Part shown: positions 15,556 to 23,002 of the stretch, in pieces
How the letters are laid out: every line of letters begins with the position of its first letter
Position numbering within the stretch: the stretch's first letter is position 1
Virus record (IMG/VR): IMGVR_UViG_3300023092_000003
Span: 1 to 40,700 of that record
Source: a virus
Lineage: Duplodnaviria > Caudoviricetes
DNA: 40,700 bases
Strand: one strand, 5' to 3'
Made by a program: the position numbers and the translations under genes
Notes under the pieces: model-generated
What the model was told of the DNA's origin: nothing
The model's database searches: none
Seen by the model: the letters and a program-made list of their open reading frames with translations, nothing else

Positions 15556-15577
15556 TTCCCGACCCGAGGAGGGTTGC

Positions 15578-16954
15578 ATGACGATAGACCCTAAGCTCGC
15601 CGGTCGGCTAGACGACTCGCTGGAGCTGGACCTCCAGGCGCAAGGTCGCCTGGGGCTCCCCCGGCGTTACCTCAAGGGCCAGCACGACCAGCCCTACATG
15701 CCGACCAAGGCCAAGGCCGAATACAAGCGCCTGGCAGAGGTCGCGATCACCAACTGGACGCCGCTCCTGTCGGACACGTACTCGCGTGGTCTGTTTGTCG
15801 ACGGCTACCGTCCGGCAAAGTCCACCGACAACGCCGAGGCATGGAGCTATTGGCAGGACAACGGCCTGGACGCCCGCCAGACAGTCGCCATTCGCGGCGC
15901 TCTGGAGTATGGCGCGTCCTACAACCTGGTACTGCCCGGCACGCTCAAATCTAAGCGCGTCCCGCTGATCCGCCCGCTGTCCCCGCTGCGCTCCATGGCC
16001 TGGTACGCCGACCCGGACGACGACTACCCCGAGCTGGCGCTCCTCCGCAAGGGAACGTCATTCGACGGCACCCGGCTTATCCAGGTCCTGGATAACCAGA
16101 CGGTCAACACCTACGCCAAGCCGAAAAACGAGGGGCTCTGGAGGCTGTCAAAGTCCGAGGAGCACGGACTGGGCGTTACGCCCTTTGTCCGCTTCCGCGA
16201 GCGACTGGACGACGAGAGCCTCGGCATCATTCGCCCGATTGTCCCTCTCCAGAACCGCATCAACGAAATCGTCTTTTCGACGCTTATCGCGATCCAGTAC
16301 GCGGCGTTCCGCCAGCGCTGGGCGTCCGGTCTGGTCATCCCCGAGGACGACGACGGCAACCCCATCGAGCCTTTCCAGGCGGCGATTGACCGTCTCTGGG
16401 TCTCCGACAACCCAGAGGCCCGTTTCGGCGACTTTAGCCAGACGGAGCTATCCGGCCACCACAACGCCTACGACTCCGCCGTCCGCACCATGGCGGCTAT
16501 CGCTCAAATCTCGCCGAACATTCTGACCGGCGACCTGGTCAACCTCTCCGCTGACGCCCTGGCTCAGATGGAGGCAGCGACACAGCGCAAGATCGGCGAA
16601 TACGAAACCATCTTTGGCGAGTCCTGGGAGTCCACCTTCCGCCTGGCATCCCTGGCAGCGGGCAACCGCGCCGGGGCGACTGACACGTCCGCCCAGGTCC
16701 GTTGGCGCGACACCGAGGCCCGTTCGCTGGCTCAGACGGTCGACGCTCTCGGCGTTATGGCTCAGACGCTCCAGGTTCCGGTCGAGGCCCTCTGGGAGAA
16801 AATCCCGGGCATCACCGACCAGGACGTTACCTACTGGAAGTCCCTTCGCGAGTCCGGCGACGTTATGGGCGAGCTGGTCGCACAGATCACCCGCCAGACA
16901 ACACCGCCCCCCGAGGAGACCCCCTCGCCGGACACCAAGGCAATTACCGCGTAA
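15578..16954 (+). CDS. portal protein
   Basis: 458 aa after terL; SPP1 gp6-like features (NLSADAL, WEKIPG). Confidence 0.9.
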   Translation: MTIDPKLAGRLDDSLELDLQAQGRLGLPRRYLKGQHDQPYMPTKAKAEYKRLAEVAITNWTPLLSDTYSRGLFVDGYRPAKSTDNAEAWSYWQDNGLDARQTVAIRGALEYGASYNLVLPGTLKSKRVPLIRPLSPLRSMAWYADPDDDYPELALLRKGTSFDGTRLIQVLDNQTVNTYAKPKNEGLWRLSKSEEHGLGVTPFVRFRERLDDESLGIIRPIVPLQNRINEIVFSTLIAIQYAAFRQRWASGLVIPEDDDGNPIEPFQAAIDRLWVSDNPEARFGDFSQTELSGHHNAYDSAVRTMAAIAQISPNILTGDLVNLSADALAQMEAATQRKIGEYETIFGESWESTFRLASLAAGNRAGATDTSAQVRWRDTEARSLAQTVDALGVMAQTLQVPVEALWEKIPGITDQDVTYWKSLRESGDVMGELVAQITRQTTPPPEETPSPDTKAITA

Positions 16955-16969
16955 CCCGAGGGAGGGACC

Positions 16970-17722
16970 ATGGCTGACTCAGACGTGGCCCTCGCTCAGG
17001 CGCACATGCGCCAGCAGGTAAAGGACGTGGCAGTTGTCCAGCGGGCGCTCGGCGTCGCATTCGACAGGATGATCGACCCGAGCCGCCCCTATTCCAACTT
17101 CGGCGAGTATCTCAAGTTCGCGCTGCGGATTATCGAGGCTGGTCGAGCTAAAGGCACGATCACCGCCGACCGGTATTACCAGGCGGCGCGACTCCTCGGA
17201 GGCGTCGGCGGCAAGCTCCCCGCTTTCGGCAAACCCGAGTTCGAGGCCGAGCGCTGGGCGGCAAGCCTTCGCGCTACCGGCCCCGCCAACCTCTACGACC
17301 GCATAGTCGCCGGGCAGACCCCGACAGAGGCCAAGGTGTTCGCCCAGGTCGCCACTCTCAGCGCCGCCAAGCGACTGATCCTGGACGCCCCCAGAGCCGA
17401 GCTAATCGACCTCACCCGGCGCGATACAGAATCGGCCGGCTGGGCTCGCGTGAGCGACGGCAAGCCCTGTTACTTCTGCGCCATGTTGGTCAGTCGCGGC
17501 CCGGTCTACTCCGAGGACACCGTCCGATTTATCGCCCACGACGGTTGCGGTTGCTCCGTGCGATCGGTCTGGAAAAAGGACCCGACGCGCGGCTGGGACA
17601 AAGACGCGAAAGCCCTCGCTGCCCTCTGGAAAGAGACAGGCGCGGACGGCTGGCGCTCTGCCTATACCAAGTCAATCAGCGCCGACGGCGCGACCCTCTC
17701 CAGCATCACGAAAGGCACCTAA
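16970..17722 (+). CDS. MuF-like minor head / capsid maturation protein
   Basis: GWARV..GKPCYFCAMLVSRGPVY...AHDGCGC. Confidence 0.8.
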   Translation: MADSDVALAQAHMRQQVKDVAVVQRALGVAFDRMIDPSRPYSNFGEYLKFALRIIEAGRAKGTITADRYYQAARLLGGVGGKLPAFGKPEFEAERWAASLRATGPANLYDRIVAGQTPTEAKVFAQVATLSAAKRLILDAPRAELIDLTRRDTESAGWARVSDGKPCYFCAMLVSRGPVYSEDTVRFIAHDGCGCSVRSVWKKDPTRGWDKDAKALAALWKETGADGWRSAYTKSISADGATLSSITKGT

Positions 17723-18435
17723 TGGCTACTCCAGGTAACGTCCTGGCCTTCTACGCGGAAAAGCGCTGGGGGAACCGCCACGGCATCAAAGGCCCGCTCT
17801 ACGGAGCAGCCGGACACCGAGGCCACGACATCAAAACCGCCGCACGCGAGGCCGTCCCGGCACTGCGCGGCGGAAAGGTTGTCTACACCGGGCGCTCCTC
17901 CGTCCTCGGCCCCGTCGTCGTTATCGAGGTCGGCCCCGGCAACTATGACGGCTACGCCCACCTGTACGGCCTCAAGGTCGAAACCGGAGACCACGTCGCC
18001 CAGGGCGAGATTATCGCCCTGACGGCTGGCGTCGGCGACTACCACGGCACCGCGTGGCTCGGCCCTCACCTTCACATCACCAACGGCGCACTGTCCGGCT
18101 CGGTATTCGCCGGAGCGACCCGCGACCCTGCCCCCGGCATCCGCGACATTCTCGCCGACGTTGCTGTCCTCGCCCCCGCGAGCACCCCGAGCAAGCCCGC
18201 TCCCGTTCCGGCCAAAGCCCCTGCACCGACTATCCGAAAGGAAGTACCTGAAATGTTCCTCATGCGCATCACGTCCGGCGAGGTCTACCTCATTACAAGC
18301 CGAGGCAAGGTCCAGCTCACCCACCCGTCGCACATCGTCCTCTTTCAGCGCATGTTCAAGACCTACCCGGACTTCGACACGTTCAACGCCGCAGAGCGCG
18401 ACATTCTCACGAGCTACATTCTCCGCGCGAGCTAG
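17722..18435 (+). CDS. M23 peptidase, probable endolysin
   Basis: ATG 17722 coupled to upstream TAA; HRGHD, YAHL, GPHLH; Pro-rich linker then a C-terminal domain. Confidence 0.85.
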   Translation: MATPGNVLAFYAEKRWGNRHGIKGPLYGAAGHRGHDIKTAAREAVPALRGGKVVYTGRSSVLGPVVVIEVGPGNYDGYAHLYGLKVETGDHVAQGEIIALTAGVGDYHGTAWLGPHLHITNGALSGSVFAGATRDPAPGIRDILADVAVLAPASTPSKPAPVPAKAPAPTIRKEVPEMFLMRITSGEVYLITSRGKVQLTHPSHIVLFQRMFKTYPDFDTFNAAERDILTSYILRAS

Positions 18436-18535
18436 CCCTCCCGCGTAAGAAACCCCACGCACTACCGCGTTTACACGCACCAACCCACTCGCCCTGGCAG
18501 GTCCAGGGCTGACCGTCCCAGGAGGACACAAACAA

Positions 18536-19042
18536 ATGCCAGACGCCCAGACCCCACCGTGGGGTAACGACTTCGACGCCGAAAAAGCCTGGACCTTGCT
18601 CCAGAACGTCCGCAAAGACAAGACCGACCTGATTGCCGAAAAGGCGACGCTGGTTGGTCAGGTCGCCGAGCTTCAAACCGCAATCCAGGCGAAAGCGGAC
18701 GAAAAGCTGGAGGACAAGTTGGCCGCCGCCGAAAAGTCCCTGTTTGTCGAGCGAGCGCTCCGCAAACACCCCGAGGCAGAGGAGTTCCTGGACTTCCTGA
18801 CTGGCGAAACCGAGGACGAGATTACCGCCAAGGCGGAGCGTCTCGCCAAGGCCGGAAAGCCCAAGGGCGACCCCAAGCCTGACGACAAAAAGGGCGACGA
18901 CAAAAAGGGTGACGAAACCCCTAACCCCGCCGACCTCCAGCGCCGTCCCGGCGAGAACCTCACGCCCGGACACGGCGGCGAGCAGACCGTCGCGTTCGAC
19001 GCGAAATCCATCGCCTCGGAAATTATCTCCGCCCCCCACTAA
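18536..19042 (+). CDS. scaffolding protein
   Basis: PPWG..FDAEKAW.L..N, coiled coil, L.GETEDEI..KAERL; precedes the capsid gene. Confidence 0.8.
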   Translation: MPDAQTPPWGNDFDAEKAWTLLQNVRKDKTDLIAEKATLVGQVAELQTAIQAKADEKLEDKLAAAEKSLFVERALRKHPEAEEFLDFLTGETEDEITAKAERLAKAGKPKGDPKPDDKKGDDKKGDETPNPADLQRRPGENLTPGHGGEQTVAFDAKSIASEIISAPH

Positions 19043-19078
19043 CCGTCCCTTCCTGGGACCCTCTCCCGAAAGGCTGTA

Positions 19079-20071
19079 ATGCCACAGAACCCCAACGACT
19101 TCTACACCCCGGCTAACGCCGTAGAGGTCCTCGCTAACCTCATTGCACAGCGCGGCGTGTTCTCCGCGCTTGTGTCGCGCAACTTCCAGAACGACCTCCT
19201 CGGAGGCGGCATGGGCGGCGCTCCGGTATCTATCAAGATGCCGACAACCCTTATCGCGCGTGACCGCGATATTGACGACGTGACGAGCACCATCGTGCTC
19301 GACAACATTGTCGAGACCCGCAAGACGTTCAACCTCGACCGGGTACACACCTACTCGGCGGTTGGCCTCTCGGAGGCGGACCTCACGCTCAACCTCAAGG
19401 ACTTCGGCGTCCAGGTCCTGGACCCCCAGGCCAAGGCGGTTGTCGACTCCCTGGAGTACAAGCTCACCCGCAAGGTCCTGGGCGTGCCCGTTACGGGTAT
19501 CGGCTCGGGCGCTGGCGTGCACTTCGACCCCGCGAACCCGATTCCGTACTTCACGGCGATTCGCAAGCAGCTGATCGACAACGGCGTCGCCGTCGCCGGT
19601 CTCCAGATGCTGGTCGGAACCAACGTCTACGCCCAGCTCCTGGACGCGGGCGCACTGACCGACGTGAGCCAGTCCGGCTCCACCGCCGCGCTCCGCGACG
19701 CGAGTGTCGGAAAGGTCCGCGACTTCACCGTTGTGGAGTTCCCCGCCCTGCCCGAAAACGAGATTGTGGCGTTCCACCGCGACGCGATCACGCTTATCAC
19801 CCGCGCCCCCGTGGTGCCCCAGGGTGCGAGCTTCGGCGCGACCATTGCGGAGGCTGGTTTCAACCTCCGCTACCTGCGCGACTACGACGCCAACCACACC
19901 CAGGACCGCTCCATCGTGAGCACCTTCTCGGGTGTCGGCATCCTGCCGACGTTCAAGGTCGAGCGCAACTACGACGACCGCACCGTCGAAACGACCGAGC
20001 TGGCGAACGGTGGTGTGCTCCACCTGGACACCACCCAGACCGCCCCGGCTCCGGCCAACATCGGCGAATAG
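19079..20071 (+). CDS. major capsid protein
   Basis: 330 aa; AFHRDAITL.TRAP..P.GA.FG, LRYLRDYD; synteny. Confidence 0.9.
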   Translation: MPQNPNDFYTPANAVEVLANLIAQRGVFSALVSRNFQNDLLGGGMGGAPVSIKMPTTLIARDRDIDDVTSTIVLDNIVETRKTFNLDRVHTYSAVGLSEADLTLNLKDFGVQVLDPQAKAVVDSLEYKLTRKVLGVPVTGIGSGAGVHFDPANPIPYFTAIRKQLIDNGVAVAGLQMLVGTNVYAQLLDAGALTDVSQSGSTAALRDASVGKVRDFTVVEFPALPENEIVAFHRDAITLITRAPVVPQGASFGATIAEAGFNLRYLRDYDANHTQDRSIVSTFSGVGILPTFKVERNYDDRTVETTELANGGVLHLDTTQTAPAPANIGE

Positions 20072-20091
20072 TCGAACGGAGTCGCGTCTAG

Positions 20092-20107
20092 TGTTTCACG
20101 TGAAACA
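20092..20107. promoter_or_regulatory. parS: parS palindrome, copy 2 (inside a 44-bp hairpin, 20078-20121)
   Basis: TGTTTCACGTGAAACA; shares 26 bp GCGTCTAGTGTTTCACGTGAAACATT with copy 1. Confidence 0.8.
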
Positions 20108-20142
20108 TTAGGCGCGACTCCCTCCCCGCCCAGGAGGCACAC

Positions 20143-20535
20143 ATGCCCGATACTCAGCTGCCCCCAAATGTCTCCGAGCTGGAGCGCCGTCTCGGCCTCC
20201 CCGTCGGCGACCTGATCGGCGAGGACAAAGCCCGCGCCGAGGACGCTCTCACTGACGCGACGACTACGGCCCTCGCCGAGGTCCCGCGCAACACCGCCAA
20301 CCTCTGGCTGGCCGACGCTCCGGCTATCGTCCGGCTGGTCATTCTCAAGGCCGCACGCCGAGAGTACGAAAACCCCCAGGGCCTCGAAACCGAGTCGCTG
20401 GGCGAGCACGCTATCGGCGGCATGGAGACCTCGGGTGTGTATCTCACGCCCCGCGAGGTCGCACAGATCAAGCGTGCCGCTACTGGTCGCCTGGGCGGCT
20501 TCACCGGGACGATCCGCACCCCGAGCGCCTACTAG
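20143..20535 (+). CDS. head-to-tail adaptor
   Basis: AARREYENPQG...ESLG...GVYLT.RE; synteny. Confidence 0.82.
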   Translation: MPDTQLPPNVSELERRLGLPVGDLIGEDKARAEDALTDATTTALAEVPRNTANLWLADAPAIVRLVILKAARREYENPQGLETESLGEHAIGGMETSGVYLTPREVAQIKRAATGRLGGFTGTIRTPSAY

Positions 20536-20543
20536 GAGGCCCC

Positions 20544-20636
20544 ATGGAAATCGACGGCACGATCTACGTCGAGAGCGACAACCCTGGCGGCGACCCAATC
20601 CCGTTTCTGGCGCTGGAGGACATCACATGCTCCTAA
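20544..20636 (+). CDS. 30-aa acidic peptide (not in ORF track)
   Basis: AGGAGG RBS; MEIDGTIYVESDNPGGDPIPFLALEDITCS fills the intergenic gap. Confidence 0.55.
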   Translation: MEIDGTIYVESDNPGGDPIPFLALEDITCS

Positions 20637-20989
20637 AGCCCACCCGACGCCGGGACCCGGTTTACAAACTGACTCCCCGCACCGTCTCAGACAGCTACGG
20701 CGACCCCGTCCTGTCCTGGGACGACGCCGATAAGGACGAGCTTCCCGGGGCGACCTGGGAGGACGTGACCAGCGAGGAGGACGCCAACGGCAACCGCCGT
20801 CTGGTGTCCAACACCCGCCAGCTATTCGTCCCCGGGCGCTGCCGCATTACCCAGCAGGACCGCGTCGAGATACGCGGCGAGGTCTGGCGAGTCGACGGCG
20901 ACCCCATCGACCGCGAGGGCATGGCAATGGGCGTTTACACGGTCGCCAAGCTCACTCGAAAGACCGGAGACGGGAGTCGAAATGGCTAA
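20627..20989 (+). CDS. head-to-tail stopper
   Basis: GGAGG RBS; DSYGD...DRVEIRGEVWRVDGDP. Confidence 0.8.
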   Translation: MLLKPTRRRDPVYKLTPRTVSDSYGDPVLSWDDADKDELPGATWEDVTSEEDANGNRRLVSNTRQLFVPGRCRITQQDRVEIRGEVWRVDGDPIDREGMAMGVYTVAKLTRKTGDGSRNG

Positions 20990-21287
20990 GAACAACCTCC
21001 GCCTGGACTCCCCCGGTATCGCCGAGGTTCTCGCTTCCGGCGAGGTTGCCGCCGAGGTCCAGTCCCTGGGCCGCGCGGTCGCCGCTCGCGCTAGCGGGCA
21101 CACGTTCCACGACGAGGTAATCCCCGTCCGCACCCGAACGCGTATCGCCTCGGGCGGTCGGCTCTCACCCCGTACCGCTGTCGACGTGTCGCTCGCGCAC
21201 TGGGCCGGAATGCAACTGGAGGGTAAAGAGGGCATCCTCTCGCGCGCTGCCAGCTCCGTCGGCCTCCAGGTCAGGAGCTACCGCTAG
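20982..21287 (+). CDS. neck/tail completion protein
   Basis: LDSPGIAEVL.S...GILSRAA; synteny. Confidence 0.7.
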   Translation: MAKNNLRLDSPGIAEVLASGEVAAEVQSLGRAVAARASGHTFHDEVIPVRTRTRIASGGRLSPRTAVDVSLAHWAGMQLEGKEGILSRAASSVGLQVRSYR

Positions 21288-21700
21288 TGGATACCGCGAT
21301 CCTCTTCCCCGACGCCCAGCTCGCCGGGCGTGACCTCCTCCGGCGTCTCCTCGCCGGTCGGACCGAGCCCGTCGTCCGTAACGTCACCGTCTCCACCCGA
21401 GGCCCTGACGACAATGACGATAAGCCCGCGCTCCCCTATATCCAGGTTGTGGTCGACGGCACTTACCGCGACTCGCGCCTGAACGGTCGAGCGACCCTCC
21501 GCGTCATCGTCTGGCACACCGACGAGGGCCTGGGCCAACGCCTCGCGCTCCTCTGCGAGGCCCTCCTCCTGGCGTCGTCCTCCGACGACATCAGGGGCTT
21601 TTCCCCGCTGGTCGGCCCAATCCCGACGGGCGACCCGGACACGCAAGAGCCCATGTCCTATTTCACCCTCACGGCGCGACTGCGCCCTAAAAACCTCTAA
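21287..21700 (+). CDS. tail terminator
   Basis: FPDA..., GPIPT.DPDT..P; directly before the major tail gene. Confidence 0.78.
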   Translation: MDTAILFPDAQLAGRDLLRRLLAGRTEPVVRNVTVSTRGPDDNDDKPALPYIQVVVDGTYRDSRLNGRATLRVIVWHTDEGLGQRLALLCEALLLASSSDDIRGFSPLVGPIPTGDPDTQEPMSYFTLTARLRPKNL

Positions 21701-21718
21701 CGAAAGGCAGGTTTCGCT

Positions 21719-22270
21719 ATGGCTGGCGACTCCAAGCAGACTCAGCAGTGGGGCGGTGCCGACGTATATATCGGCGCGGACGGCCTCGCTGGACCCACAA
21801 CTCTTACCGGCAACTGGCCCGCTGGCTTCTCCGCCGTCGGCCTTCTGGACGGCGAGGAGGGCTTTACCGAGGCCCGCGAGGGTGACACCAACGAAAGTTA
21901 CGCCTGGGGCGGCATTCTCTTCCGCCGCACGACCTCAAAGCACAAGCGGACATTCACGTTCACGATGCTGGAGGACAACGCCGTAACGTTCGGCCTCATC
22001 AACCCCGGCTCCACCCGCACGACCGCCTCCGGCGTCCGTACCTCCGTCGTCAAGGTCCCGCAGAACCTCAACTTTTCCGTCGGGTTCGAGCTGCGCGACG
22101 GCTCCCGCGTCAAGCGCCGGAGCATCAAGTCGGCGACCGTCCAGGAAGTGTCCGAAATCAAGGAAAGCGAGACGGACCCCACCGTCTACGCCGTAACCGT
22201 CGTGATCTTCCCCGAGTCGGACGGAACGCTCTACCGCACCGTCGAAACCGACCCGACGGCGACGGTCTAA
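21719..22270 (+). CDS. major tail protein
   Basis: W.GADVYI, VGLLDGEEGF, YAWGG, F..LEDN. Confidence 0.88.
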   Translation: MAGDSKQTQQWGGADVYIGADGLAGPTTLTGNWPAGFSAVGLLDGEEGFTEAREGDTNESYAWGGILFRRTTSKHKRTFTFTMLEDNAVTFGLINPGSTRTTASGVRTSVVKVPQNLNFSVGFELRDGSRVKRRSIKSATVQEVSEIKESETDPTVYAVTVVIFPESDGTLYRTVETDPTATV

Positions 22271-22280
22271 CCACCATCCA

Positions 22281-22318
22281 GGGGAGCCAGTCCGCGCGGG
22301 GCTGGCTCCTCTTTTTCT
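22281..22318 (+). terminator. terminator/attenuator after the major tail gene
   Basis: GGAGCCAG...CTGGCTCC followed by TCTTTTT. Confidence 0.65.
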
Positions 22319-22365
22319 CATACCCGCGCACCCCTCCCAACCCGCGCTAAGGAGCACAAAAACAC

Positions 22366-22632
22366 ATGGCTACAAAGAACCCCACCGCCGCAGAAGTTCT
22401 CGGCGACAAGATCCCCTTCACTTTTGACGGCGTCGACTACCTGATCGAGCCCTCCAGCGAGTGGGACTACACCCTCGCCGAGGACCTGGAAGCTGGACGC
22501 GTCGTCGCATTCCTCAAGGGCATCCTGGGCGAGGACCAGCACGAAAAGTTCAAGGCGACCAAGCCGAAACTGAACCGTGTAAACGCCCTCATTGAGGCAA
22601 TCCAGACCGCCTCGGGCATCCAGGGAAACTAA
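22366..22632 (+). CDS. tail assembly chaperone (G)
   Basis: 88 aa ending IQGN over the slippery GGGAAAC. Confidence 0.85.
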   Translation: MATKNPTAAEVLGDKIPFTFDGVDYLIEPSSEWDYTLAEDLEAGRVVAFLKGILGEDQHEKFKATKPKLNRVNALIEAIQTASGIQGN

Positions 22633-22994
22633 CGACGGTTGTCGTGCTACTGCGCGAGATTCCCGGCGCTGTAGAAGCTGACCTCAAGCGCTTCTACGGT
22701 GCCGACCTCGGCGACCTGTGGCGCGGCAACCTCTCGTTACGACGGCTCTCCGTCTACCTGCACAACCTGCCTCCCGAGTCCGCCGTGCACCAATGGCGCT
22801 CCGGACTCCCGACCGGCTGGGACCTGCACGCGCTCCTCCTGGCCGACCTCTTCCACGCCTTCACCGGCCAGCCTCACCCGAGCCGCCCCAAGCCAAAGAA
22901 TCCGGCCCAGAAGTCCGCACACGCTGACTTGCTGCGCCGCCTCAAAGAGCAGCGGGAGCGCCTCGGTAAGCCGGAGCCGGTCCAACCTGACTAG
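22623..22994 (+). CDS. tail assembly chaperone frameshift extension (GT), programmed -1 frameshift
   Basis: G GGA AAC at 22623-22629; downstream ORF (EADLKRFYG.DL..LWRG.LS.RRL) is in the -1 frame. Confidence 0.8.
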   Translation, partial: GKLTTVVVLLREIPGAVEADLKRFYGADLGDLWRGNLSLRRLSVYLHNLPPESAVHQWRSGLPTGWDLHALLLADLFHAFTGQPHPSRPKPKNPAQKSAHADLLRRLKEQRERLGKPEPVQPD

Positions 22995-23002
22995 GAGCCG
23001 CA

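Noticed and set aside
18407-20023. 538-aa minus-strand ORF, and similar long antisense ORFs at 6890-7945, 23948-24912, 32307-33629, 35510-36676 and 39395-40498
   Set aside because: Shadows of high-GC + strand genes that have clear motifs; no RBS or recognisable domains.
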